Assembly (NCBI RefSeq): GCF_006345805.1
Contig: NC_043004.1
Span: forward strand, 105,710,001 to 105,774,000
Reading direction: 5' to 3'
DNA: 64,000 nucleotides
From: Octopus sinensis
Taxonomy: Eukaryota
Shown one piece after another: positions 11,063 through 23,237 of this stretch (position 1 is the stretch's first letter; every line of letters begins with the position of its first letter). The notes below the pieces were generated by a model that was not told the origin of the DNA, did no database searches, and was given only the letters and a program-made list of their open reading frames with translations. The position numbers and the translations under genes are program-made.

Positions 11063-11450
11063 AGGCACAGGTGTGGTTGTGTGGTAAGAAGCTTACTTTC
11101 CAACCACATGGTTCCAAGTTCAGTCCCACTATAGCCTCAGGCTGACCAAAACCTTGTGAATGGATTTGGTAGACGGGAACTGAAAGATGACCATCACACA
11201 CACACACACACACACACACATATTTACGTGTATGTGTTTTTGTGTCTGTGTTTGTTCCCCCATCATCGCTTGAAAACTGGTGTTGGTGTGGTTACGTCTC
11301 TGTAACTTAGCGGTTCAGCAAAAGAGAATGATAGAATTAGTGCTAGGCTTACAAAGAATAAGTCCTGGACTTGATTTCTTCAACTAAAAAACCCTTCTAA
11401 GGTGGTGCTCCAGCAAGGCCATAGTCAAATGACAGAAACAAGTAAAAGAA
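11063..11450 (+). mobile_element. SINE family A with short internal deletion
   Basis: Head, CA tract and tail present; core segment between cccact and atagcc missing. Confidence 0.85.
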
Positions 11451-11469
11451 TGAAAGCATGTGCACACAC

Positions 11470-11790
11470 ATCAGCCTGCAGCCTCCCACCTCATAGCTAA
11501 CTGCCCCATGCGCAGGTAAGAACATGTCCTCCACTTCCCACCTGACCATCCTACCAGGGCCTTACTCTCATTCAATGCACTAGCTGCAGGCTGGAAGAGG
11601 CCCTGTGACAGGCCCTGCACCACATGGATGGATGTAATTAAGGAAGATCTCCAGAGGAGAATGCAGTGGGGTTGGCACAGGACTGGGAAGTAATGGGAAG
11701 CACTGCTGCACCTGGTCAGCTCTATTCACAATGACACCTCTGGGACCACCAATCTAGGATGGCCCCAGCCTCATAGTGCAAAGAACATGA
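11470..11790 (+). mobile_element. Decayed RTE-clade LINE 3' fragment (separate subfamily)
   Basis: HVLHFPPDHPTRALLSFNALAAGWKRPCDRPCTTWMDVIKEDL. Confidence 0.75.
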
Positions 11791-12099
11791 AACAAGTAAG
11801 CGGATTTTATTATTATCTGCAGTGTATGAATTATGGGCCTACATTCTTTCTCCATGAATCCAAGTTCACCCATACTTTGATCCAAGGAACTGATATTAAT
11901 ACACATCCTCTCAATCATTGTTAAGGGTTTATATCCACTTTTCCATGCTTGCAGAGGTCAGATAGAATTCTTAGAAGCAGATTTTCTATGTTTGGATGCA
12001 CTTACTGTCAGAACCTGTTTCCAACATAGATAATATCTCCCCATGGGCAGACATATTTTTGCAGAATATCAGAAATGAAACATTCATTTACAATTTACG

Positions 12100-12161
12100 A
12101 TGTCAAGACAAGGAGACACAGACATAACCACATTCACACTTAAACACACAAATGCATGCAT

Positions 12162-12199
<38 letters not shown>

Positions 12200-12215
12200 C
12201 TCACTCTCACGCACA

Positions 12216-12248
<33 letters not shown>

Positions 12249-12445
12249 TCACTCTCATACACTCTCCCTCACGCACATATTCACCCACACACACGGCTGG
12301 CATTTTTCAGTGTCCATCTACCAAATCTACAAACAAGGCTTTGGCCATCCCAGGACTATAGTAGAAGACAGCCCAAGGTTCTACACTGTGGCACTGAACC
12401 TGAAGCCCTGTGGTTGGGGAGCCAACTTCTTAACCATAAAGCCAT
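12100..12445 (-). mobile_element. SINE family A head half with CA/CT microsatellite
   Basis: Reverse complement of the A head at 12300-12445. Confidence 0.7.
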
Positions 12446-12712
12446 GCTGTTTAAAACTGAAAGTGTATTTCCCAGGAAGATTCAGCATAACAAACATTTA
12501 CAAACTCTTCGTCAATGGCCCATGTATAACGTCCGTCTGTATATTTCTTACCACATTAAAAATCTGCTTCATCAAATTCCATCTGATCCATGCCAGCTGG
12601 AACATGGATGTTAAATGAAGCTGATTATGATTGACATCAAGTGGGCAGCTAAATATAACCAAAGGGAATGTTTTTGATTTATAGATTTCTACAACATACA
12701 ACAATATGTGTT

Positions 12713-13030
12713 GCATGGCTTAGTGGTTAGAGATATCCGGTTCATGATCATAAAGTTATGGGTTCAATTCCTGGTGTTGTTTTGAGCCCTTGGACAAGAT
12801 GCTTTATTTCACATTGCTACAGTCCACTTATCTTGCAAAAATGTGTTGTGCCTGTATTTCAAAGTGCCACCCTTGTCACATTGTGTCGCGCTGAATCCTC
12901 CCGAGAACTACATAAGGTATATGCTTGTCTGTGGAGTACTCAGCCACTTCCATGTTATTTCATGAGCAGGCTGTTCCATTGATTAGACCAACTGGAACAC
13001 TCATTGTCATAACCAACAGAATGCCAATCA
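12713..13030 (+). mobile_element. SINE family E
   Basis: tggcttagtgg A-box, ggttcaattcc B-box, cccttggacaagatgctttatttcac core. Confidence 0.7.
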
Positions 13031-13696
13031 CACTACTAACACCAATATGGGTCAGTTGTGCTCTAATTTCATTGCCATTTTTATTTATTTATTAGTCTTT
13101 TGGTTCCAACGATATATTTGTTCACTTCTTCAGTTTAAATATATTCATCTTTATCCTTTGTCATTGTTTTCCTTCTCAGTCTATTTCTGATTGTTCTGGA
13201 TACCCCATTATGTCTCATAGGAGATGGTAGTATCAGCTGGCAGCAATGCGGTTAATGTCTTCAGATTTGGTTTTCCTGTAACCTACATTTGTTGTCAAGT
13301 TATGAATTCTGTCTTTTGAGTAGAAGGTACTTGGTAGGGATGCCTTGCTCTTGGATTAAATGAAGGTACCCTTCGAGATATGACATTATAGAATTGTTGA
13401 TTCTTCATGGCAGGCTCTTAGTGTTGTTTATTCTCTTTGTCATTTGAGGTTTTTCTCTCCTAATATTCAATTTCCATCTTTTACTTATTTCCCTTATTAG
13501 ACGGCAGCCATGCTGAGGCTCTGATTTGATAAATTTTAGTAGAATGAAGCGACCCCAGTACTTATTTTTTAAAGCCTGGTACATATTCAAACTGCTAAGT
13601 TACAGGAACATAAACATATTGGCACTGGTTGTAAAGTGGTGGTTGGGGGACAAACACACACACACACATACACAAGCCTATCTATCTATCTTTCTG

Positions 13697-13765
<69 letters not shown>

Positions 13766-13774
13766 ATCTATCTA

Positions 13775-13805
<31 letters not shown>

Positions 13806-13806
13806 C

Positions 13807-13992
13807 ATCATCATCATCATCATCGTTTAACGTCCGTTCTCCATGCTAGCATGGGTTGGACGGTTCAACCGGGGATCTGGGAAGCCAGAAGGCTGCACCA
13901 GGCTCCAGTCTTGATCCGGCAGAGTTTCTACAGCTGGATGCCCTTCCTAACGCCAACCACTCCGTGAGTGTAGTGGATGCTTTTTACGTGCC
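13807..13992 (-). mobile_element. Family B (RTE 3' UTR), young copy in (TA)n
   Basis: CpGs intact; (TA)n on both flanks. Confidence 0.9.
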
Positions 13993-14061
13993 ATATATAT
14001 ATATATATGTGTATATATATATATATATAATATATATATATATAATATATATATATATATA

Positions 14062-14091
<30 letters not shown>

Positions 14092-14095
<4 letters not shown>

Positions 14096-14406
14096 GCAAA
14101 TGAAAGATGGAAGATGAAATATATGAGAATTTATTGATCACAACAATATTTTTGACACACCTAGCATCAATCCCTCGTGGGTGTGACACTCAACAACTGG
14201 TTCAAGAGCATCCGGCAGTGTAGATGTATCTCGTTGGGTGTAGACACAACCTGTTAAAATAACAGTTCCACAATATAACTTCTTGTTTTGTAGAAAGAAA
14301 AGCAGTCAGGCAGAGGAAATATCTTCATTTATATAGAAGATCAAAAATAAAATCACAGATGGAAAAAAGAGAAATGAACACACAATCCAGTGAAAAAAGT
14401 GTTACA
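14092..14406 (-). mobile_element. Probable solo LTR inserted in (TA)n
   Basis: TG..CA termini (tgtggca..tgttaca); on minus strand a TATA-like tataaat precedes an aataaa; TA repeats on both flanks. Confidence 0.5.
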
Positions 14407-14416
14407 TATATACATA

Positions 14417-14584
14417 TATCATTGTTTAACGTCCATTTTCTATGCTGGCATGGGTTGGACAGTTCGACTGAGGTCTGGAGAGGCAACGGCTACACCAAGC
14501 TCCAATCTGATCTGGCAATGTTTCTACAGCTGGACGCCCTTCCTGACATCAACCACTCCTTGAGTGTAGTGGGTGATTTTATAT

Positions 14585-14590
<6 letters not shown>
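14417..14590 (-). mobile_element. Family B (RTE 3' UTR)
   Basis: Same diagnostic motifs as 13807-13992. Confidence 0.85.
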
Positions 14591-14635
<45 letters not shown>

Positions 14636-14707
14636 TTCAGATGAATAAGTTGAGGCACCAGAATTTAGTATGGTGTTATCCATACAATTTCAAAGTAAGG
14701 TGATTAA

Positions 14708-14914
14708 AATCAAAATAAGCAACAAGGATATCCAGAGGTAATGCAGTCCGATCATTTCATGCAACTTCATTTAATTGAACGATGCAATCATTACATCAAT
14801 TTAAAATGCTCTGGATTTTAAATTGATGTAATGATTGCGTTGTTCAATTAAATGGAGTTGCATGAAACGATTGTACTGCATTACTTCTGGATATCCTTGT
14901 TGCTTATTTTGATT
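14708..14914. repeat. Long fold-back palindrome, 100-bp arms, 7-nt spacer
   Basis: 14708-14807 versus 14815-14914: 7 mismatches by my count, no indels. Confidence 0.95.
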
Positions 14915-15089
14915 ATATATAGATAGTAAAAATATGTTACAAAAAGAAAATATAAAATACACGTGGAAATGTAAGGGTAAAATATGAAAAATCAACGAAA
15001 ATGCACATTGTAAATAAAAAAATAAAAAAGGCTTTTTATGAAAGGTAACGACAAATATATACATTTAGATGGACTGAGGTAGTAATAAA

Positions 15090-15121
<32 letters not shown>

Positions 15122-15389
15122 TTTTAATTACCAGACTGCAGCCATGATGGGGTACCGCATTTCATCAGCAGCAGCTCTCCGTTGTAGGTCGACGTTAACT
15201 GTTCATGTTCAGTAAGTATCTCTGGCAGGCTTGCACGGGGGCTACAAGATCTGCTCCTGATCTGCAACAGCGATGACATCTGCTGCAGGTAGAGCTGCTT
15301 GATGCAATGGAGAAGTGACTACTCTCGTGTGTTCTTTCTTTTTTCTCTTTTTTTGTTTCTCTTCAATGACTGGAATTACAAGCTTCAGT

Positions 15390-15650
15390 GATTGGTGCCA
15401 CTCATTACATCACCAGGCCTTCTCCTCCCAAGTGTCTGGGGAGATGCTGGAGCTCTTCATGTCTCTTCAGTTCATCTCTGTATTGCAACCTCAGCCACCA
15501 GGGCTTCTCCTGCCCTGATGCAGTTCAGTACAGAAAACTGTCTTTGGTAGCCTGCTGTCTTCCATCCTGCAAACACCTCCTGTGCAGCACAGCTGCAATA
15601 AGGTAATGCAGGCCTCCATGCTAACTGTGCCAGGGCAAACTTGCTTTTCA
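15390..15650 (-). mobile_element. Decayed RTE (BovB-like) ORF2 C-terminal fragment
   Basis: SMEACITLLQL..CRMEDSRLPKTVFCTELHQG..LRLQYRDELKR..PDTWEEKA, with frameshifts. Confidence 0.65.
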
Positions 15651-15749
15651 TATCTTTTCCCAAGTTCAGTAACAATTGCAATATTTATATTTTGATGCTC
15701 AGAAACTTGGCTGAGATATTTACTGAGCTTTTTCTCTGTTGGAGATGTT

Positions 15750-16050
15750 ACTTCAGTCTTTTGATATGATGTGAATATAGATTTAAGGCCACAGCTTCTC
15801 CACTCACCAAGTGTGGTGAATATATCTTTGAGTCATGTTGGAATTTCCAGTAGTTTATGAGTTCTTGTATCCATCTCACTGAGTTCATGCAGTGACCAAC
15901 TGAGAAGGCCAACTGTAGCTGTTGGGATAGGCACTGCAAAAGTGTTGCGAATGATGCATTTGTTGTGCAATGAGAGCTCCTTTGACCATATTTTTCTTAC
16001 TTTTTTGAAGTATTCATTTCTTTTTGCCCTTTCTTTATTAATAGGCTTAT
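15750..16050 (-). mobile_element. Decayed R4/Dong-clade LINE RT-thumb fragment
   Basis: EYFKKVRKIWSKELSLHNKCIIRNTFAVP..GLLSWSLHELSEMDTRTHKLL then (shifted) CGLKSI. Confidence 0.75.
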
Positions 16051-16059
16051 AAGACAGAC

Positions 16060-16340
16060 AGATAGACAGACGGACAGACAGACAGACAGATAAATACATA
16101 CATAGGCTGACAGACAGACACATACATACATATATACATGCATACATACACACATACATACATACATTCATACATACATACATACGTACGTACGTACGTA
16201 CGTACATACATACATACATACATACACACATACATACGTACATACATACATACATACGTACATACATGCATACGTACATACATACATACATACATACATA
16301 CATACATACATACACATACATACATACATACATACATAGG
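16060..16340. repeat. (GACA)n/(TACA)n microsatellite
   Basis: Direct inspection. Confidence 0.95.
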
Positions 16341-16989
16341 TAGGTATGTAAGTAGGCAAGTGGGTAGGTAGATAGAATGTTAGGTAAGAGGGTGAAAAGG
16401 AAAGAGAGTTTGTCTAAGTTACCTTACGTCCCCACAATGAGTTATGTTACCCTCTTCCTTGTTTTCTCTCTTAACTAATTATTCTTACTTCTGCCACCAG
16501 CTTAGCTCTCTCTGTATATCTTTGTCATCCGATGTCATTGTCTCTACATTACTTTTTCATAAATACTTCCTTCACATAACTTATTGTACACTCATAAAAA
16601 AGACTGTCTTTTTTGGCTGGTACTAAGACGTAAGCACATTTGTAAGACATTCTAAACACCCGAGATTCTTTAAATGGATATATGCTCATACTTAGTTGTG
16701 CACAGCTACAAGAGCACACATGTAAAAGGTAATGATGTATACATACACACACATGGACAAACACCTAAGTCGTATATACACACACCAATTCAACCACATA
16801 TTTACAAACTCTGGGAACTCTCCTTCAACTCAAAATGTTTCGTTGCTTTGTTAGAGACTGACTTGAACTCCATCATCACCTTCATCGTTGTTAAACACCA
16901 GCTTTCCATGCTGGCATGGGTTGGATGGTTTGAGATGGAGCTTAATCAATGTTGTTATCGTGCAATGCCTGTGCAAGAAGATTTTTTTT

Positions 16990-17435
16990 AAAGTGAGGAA
17001 AGGCTGTGCACTGAGTCAATCCCACTCACTAAGCAACAGCAGCCATAATCCGAAAAGAAGAACAAGTCAACATCATCGGTAACCACTGAGCCACAGGTTT
17101 TATGTCGGAGTTATCCCAGTTTCCTGAGTTACCTTCTCCTTGAAAGATGCCCTACCAAAGGCTAGGAGTCCTTCACTCCCAATGGTTTAACCGCGCGATC
17201 GGGTATTCAGTCCGATTATTTCTATGTACCCGCACATGATACAGCCTTAAGGCATTTATTGGATGGCCATTGACTCTCAAGAGTTCCTCCGCCCTTTGAC
17301 GGGTTTTGTTTTTCATCCCGCAGGGTGTCCAATAATCACCCTCCTCACCAAGCAAGCTTGGTGGGGTTGCCAGTTTAGTCGCCAACGACCCGACCATGCA
17401 ACAGGTTGTACTGGGTTACATGTTACCAGTAGCAC
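16990..17435 (-). mobile_element. CpG-rich repeat, possibly RTE 5' UTR-derived
   Basis: Minus-strand gggcatctttcaaggagaaggtaactc resembles RTE 5' UTR text as I recall it; unverified. Confidence 0.35.
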
Positions 17436-17639
17436 TCATACATACATACATACACAACATACCAACCCATCTGAAGCAAAGTATGGCTGAACTTGGGTTC
17501 TTGGAACGAGAAGGTAAATCCTTAATTCCTACACTACAAATGAAAACGTTATCTGGGACTATAGACATCTGCAAGACCTTCTAAAGATTTAAAGATGATG
17601 AACAAAACAAGATGCAGGTGGCCCATCAAAATTCATTCT

Positions 17640-17890
17640 GAATTAAAAAGAGAAAGAGTCCATGCATAACATCAACCTTATCATCCCTTAACTTCTGCCT
17701 TCCATGGTGGCATGGAGAGGATATTTTGACAGGATCCAACAAGTCTGGGCTCTGCACCGAGCTCCAATGTCTGCTTAGTGGGATTTTCTGTGGTCGGGTA
17801 CCCCTCCTACTGCCAACCACTTTACAGAGTGTACCAGGTGCTTTTTCCGTGGCACCAGCACTAGTAACATCACCAAAGTACTGGTGTTGT
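17640..17890 (-). mobile_element. Family B-related diverged subfamily
   Basis: ttccatggtggcatgg..ctgcaccgagctcca..tgccaaccac..gtgctttttccgtggcacc. Confidence 0.65.
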
Positions 17891-17911
17891 TGCCACCATA
17901 TATATATATAT

Positions 17912-18160
17912 ATCATCATCATCATCATCGTTTAACGTCCGTTCCATGCTAGCATGGGTTGGACGGTTCAACTGGGGTCTGGGAAGCCTGAAGGCTGCAC
18001 CAGGCCAGTCAGATCTGGCAGTGTTTCTACAGCTGGATGCCCTTCCTAACGCCAACCACTCCGTGAGTGTAGTGGGTGCTTTTTATGTGCCACCGACACA
18101 GGTGCTAGACGAGGCTGGTGAACGGCCACGCTCGGATGGTGTTTTTTATGTGCCACCGAC
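17912..18160 (-). mobile_element. Family B (RTE 3' UTR), young copy in (TA)n
   Basis: Diagnostic motifs; two tttttatgtgccaccgacac units; TA flanks. Confidence 0.9.
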
Positions 18161-18543
18161 ACATATATATATATGTATTCATATTTTTATTTATATATAT
18201 CTATATAAAATTATGTGTGTATATGTATGTGTGTATGTACAATTAGTGAAGTGGGAAATGTGTTAGTGACAGGTTTGTACCTTCACTGGTTGTATGTATT
18301 TGTATATGTGTGTTTTTTGAATGCGATGAATCAAGGATGGGTAGCAAGTCTTCCTCTCCTTCATTTCCCCTTCATCTTCTCCACAGACATCGTCGACATC
18401 ATCATCATTGTCATAATCATCATTATCATCATCATCATCATCACAATCTTCTTGTTTAGTTTATGTGTCTTTTCCGCCCCCCTTTGTAAGTACCTGTTTT
18501 ATTTGGTTTTGTAGTATTTTTGAGTTGCATGGATATGAAGATT

Positions 18544-18585
<42 letters not shown>

Positions 18586-19359
18586 CATGTACATGTATGT
18601 GTGTGTGTGTATGTGATTAGCAGATGGTGATATCTTTCACTGACTGTTTACCTCTCTACTATATTATCTCTCTGGTGTCCTGTAGTCTGTGTGTGTGTGT
18701 ATATGTGTATGTGTTTGCATATGGCTGTATGTGTACACACACACACACACACACATATATGTCTAGATGGGTTTGTGAATATGTGCGTGTATATGTACAT
18801 GCATGCTTTTGAGTGTTGCATTTCTGCATGTGTGTGTGGTGTGTGTGTGTGTGTGTGTGCCATGTGTTATGCCAGTGTGTTGTTGTTGTTGGGTGGAAGG
18901 GCTGATTATAGCATGTGTTTGTATGGATGTGGGTGCATATGTGTGAGTGTGTTAATGTGTGTGAGTGTGTGTGTGTATGTATATAAGTGTTTTAGTGATC
19001 TTTGCTGGTCCACATACTGTTGTGGAGGGAATAGCAAATAAGCGACAGGGTCGGGGGGTGGGGAAGAAATGGGTGAGAAGAGAGGATGGGGGATTATGAC
19101 TTTCAAACACCAAAATTCCCAAAACAGACCCCACAATCATCCACATAAAAAGTCCACACTTCCCTGTTCAGCACCCACCCCCATGACGACGACCACCACC
19201 ACCATCCACCACTCCACCTTGACTGCCCACCCATGGCACACTAGCATCATGCAGCCACTCCCCTACTACTGCTACTACTACTACTATTAGTACCCCCTGT
19301 TTTAAGTTGGTGACTATGACAGGGCAGACTGTGGGCGTGGGAGTCAGTATGGTTTTGTC

Positions 19360-19398
<39 letters not shown>

Positions 19399-20248
19399 GA
19401 GTGTACACTTATATAAGATGGAAAGAGAAAGTATGTGAGATATGAATATAGAATGTGTGTGTGTGTGTGGTTGATTTTGTACATGTCTCAATATGTGTAT
19501 GACAAGGAAGGGAGAGAGAAAGAGAGAGTAAAGATGACATAATATATATATATATATATATTTATATGCATACAGACAAACTTACATATATACATATATA
19601 TAATGTACATAGATATTTTACATATTTATATTATATGTGTGTGTCAGTGCGTGTGTTTTTGCATATATATATATATATACATGTATGTATATATATATAT
19701 ACATAAGTACATATGTATGTGAAGAGGAAGAGAAAGAAAGATAGGGAATGTGATGGGGTGGGGAAGTACCAAGACAAACAGAGAGAGGTGGGGAAATGGA
19801 GAAAGAGAATAGATGTGCATATGTAAATAATAAGTGAGGATTAGAAGTGGGAAGAGAGAGAGAGAGAGGGACAGACAGAAGTGGAAAAAGAGAGAGCAAG
19901 AGAGGGGTGGAGGGGAAGTAAGGAGGAGAGGGCAAAGAAGACAGAAGAAATAGAGGGTGAATGAAAGAAAGAAAGAAGAGTGGAGTGGCAGAGAAATGTG
20001 TGAGAGAGGGTGGTGTATGCATATGTAACTGGGAATAGGGGGGTGGTGGAAAGGCAGTAAGAGTCAGTAGCAAAATAACCAAGAAAACAGAAGAAAAAAA
20101 AGGAAAGGAAAAAAACTTTGAAAAAAATAGAAAAAAAAGAAAAACAAGAAAAAAAAGCTAATCTCAAGCTGAGTTCAGAGCAGCAATAAGCAGTACGGAT
20201 GTGAGGAGAAAGATATAGGGTCTCCGTATACGAAACCAAGAACACGCC

Positions 20249-20425
20249 ATGCAAAAACAGGCGAAGATTTATCCACTTTTCGATGGGGACTATGGGATTT
20301 ATTCTTTTGAGGACTACTGTGGGACTTTTATGCCACTGAAACTCAAGAAAGTGGTCACCGTTCTCTCCACATACGTAGGGGACTTTCGCAATCGATACAT
20401 CTCTGGAATCTCGTGGTACCACTGG
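20249..20425 (+). CDS. Candidate first exon (59 codons, unknown protein; could be 5' UTR)
   Basis: Non-repetitive, CpG-retaining, ATG-initiated open frame ending at the canonical donor TGG|GTGAGT; no recognisable homology. Confidence 0.35.
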
Positions 20426-21362
20426 GTGAGTTTCAGAAGTTTACTAATTTCTTTTTTTTGTCTATGTATTTCAGTTGATTTGAATTTCATTAACGTAGAT
20501 TAGTTAGTTGTGGTTATTTTAGATGAGGTTTCGGGGGCCCTTAAGGAAAGGAAAGAAAAGAAGAGAAAGGAAAAGTGAGTGAAGAATGTGGAAAGGGAAA
20601 CCGGCGCTGGTAGCGGTGGTTTTGGTGTCGGGGTTTGTTGTGCTAAATAGTGGAGGGGGGGTAACTGACAATTACGATGATGATGATGATGATGATAACA
20701 ATTATGATAATGATGATGATGATGATGAGGAGGAGGAGGATGATAATGATGACACTGATGGTGTAAACGATGATGGCTATCTTCAACAATCATTGTGATG
20801 ATGTTAGTGATGATGGCTGTGATAGTGGTGGTTGTGGCAGTGGTGGTGGTTGTGGTGGTGTTGAAAAACCATGTGGAGTTTGTTTCACTTCTTTTTCTTT
20901 TCATTTTTTTCATCTTCTTAGGATGGAATTGATAAACTTGTTTCCATAGTTATGTGTACAAACAAAGATGCTGCTTGCATGCATCCCCTCCTTCCATCCA
21001 TCCATATATACTCAGTGGTGATTTTGGTGTCAAGTTTGCCATGTTGAATAATGGATGGTGGAAGGGTGAGGGGCTAACTAATGATGATGATGATGATGAT
21101 TATGTATACAAGCATACATTTGTACATGCATGTATATAACCATACATACATACATACATGCATGGATACAAACATACACGTGTACATGAATGTATACAAA
21201 CAGTTACATAAATATACATCTGCATATATACATATATATGTGTGTGTGTGTATATATATATATATGTGTGTATGTATATGTATGTGTATATATATATATA
21301 TGTGTGTGTATGTGTGTGTGTATATATATATAGGCGTATATATATATATATATATATATATG

Positions 21363-21535
21363 TAGGCACAGGAGTGGGTGTATGGTAAGTAGCTTGCTTA
21401 CCAACCACATGGTCCCAGGTTCAGTCCCACTACGTGGCATCTTGGCGTCTTCTACTACAGCCTCAGGCTGAACAAAGCCTTGTCAGTGGATTTGCTAGAC
21501 AGAAACTGAAAGAAGCCTATCATATATATATATAA

Positions 21536-21609
<74 letters not shown>

Positions 21610-21890
21610 CATATATGTATATTTATACATGTATACATATATGTATATAAATATACATATATGTATATTTATATGTTTGTGTGTGTGTTTGTCCCCTCCC
21701 ACACAATTGCTTGACAACCGATGGTGGTGTGTTTATATCCCCGTAACTAAGCAGTTTGGCAAAAGAGGCTGATAGATTAAGTACTAATCATACAGAGATT
21801 AAGTCCAGGGGTCGATTTGTTCAACTAAAGGCTGCGCTCCAGCATGGCTGCAGTCAAATGACTGAAGTGAATAAAAGGGTAAAAGAGTAA
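21363..21890 (+). mobile_element. SINE family A with expanded internal (TA)n
   Basis: Head, ~170 bp TA-rich tract and tail. Confidence 0.9.
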
Positions 21891-21900
21891 ATATACATAC

Positions 21901-21936
<36 letters not shown>

Positions 21937-22369
21937 TTACTATTTTGAAACTGAAACTTAAGAAGTTACAACTACTGGTTTCAAATTTCCTGTCCCTCAA
22001 GAATGTGAAACTGTTAGTAGTAACCTGTGAGGTTTCATTTTCTCAGTAATAACTATAAACTCTATTTCTTCTATTGAGTACCTTTTTAAAAAAAAAATTA
22101 GTTCATTGACATAAGTATAATGTGTGCGTGTGTGTGTGTGTGTGCACGCGTGTATATGTATGTGTGTGTGTGCATATATATGTATGTAATATATGTAACT
22201 CCTACTAAATGTGTTGAGTACTTCTTTCTTTAATTTGTCCACTGAATCATATGTATGTATGTATGTGAGTGTGTGCCTCTGTGTGTGTGTATGTATGTGT
22301 GTGTATATATATGTGTGTATATATATATGCATGTATGTATGTAAAGAAAGATAGACCAATAGATAGACA

Positions 22370-22411
22370 GCTAGTTAGATAGATAGATAGATAGACAGAC
22401 AGATAGATTGT

Positions 22412-22463
<52 letters not shown>

Positions 22464-22470
22464 CAGATAT
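22370..22470. repeat. (GATA)n microsatellite
   Basis: Direct inspection. Confidence 0.95.
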
Positions 22471-22526
22471 ATATATCATTTCATATATTTATACATGCAT
22501 ATCAACACACCAACATCAGGTTATTA

Positions 22527-22697
22527 GGCGTAGGAGTGGCTGTGTGGTAAGTAGCTTGCTTACCAACCACATGGTTCCGGGTTCATTCCCACTGCATGGC
22601 ACCTTGTGCAAGTGTCTTCTACTATAGCCTTGGACCGACCAAAGCCATGTGAGTGGATTTGGTGGACAGAAACTGAAAGAAGCCCGTCGTATATATG

Positions 22698-22740
<43 letters not shown>

Positions 22741-22753
22741 ATATATGTATGTG

Positions 22754-22791
<38 letters not shown>

Positions 22792-23010
22792 AATATGTTG
22801 GTGTGTCCTTGTTTGTCCCACAACATTGCTTAACAACCGATGGTGGTGTGTCTATATCCCCATAACTTAGTGGTTCGGCAAAAGAGACCGATAGAATATG
22901 TACCTAGGCTTACAAAGAATAAGTCCTGGGGTTGATTTGCTCGACTAAAGGCGGTGCTCCAGTATGGCCATAGTCAAATGACTGAAACAAGTAAAAGAGA
23001 GTAAAAGAGA
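22527..23010 (+). mobile_element. SINE family A, full length
   Basis: High identity to 240-672. Confidence 0.9.
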
Positions 23011-23237
23011 ATATACACGTACACATTTATAAATCTGTATTCTTTGTGTAGTGTACACATGGCCAGGCAAGGCAAGTTAATGCAGCTAGCCTGGCCTTCC
23101 ACTTACTTCCACAGGAGAGTCTTGAACATAGTACCCCAAACCAATGAAACAGTCAGCAATTTCAGAGTCCTCCCACTGTCTATACACAGCCAGGCAGCAC
23201 ACCTCTTTGTGATTACTCAACTCACTCAAAAACTAGT

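Noticed and set aside
17260-17380. HDV-like ribozyme (P4-like gcggg/cccgt followed by CAAA)
   Set aside because: Could not place P2, P3/L3 and P1.1 in the required order; kept only as a search lead.
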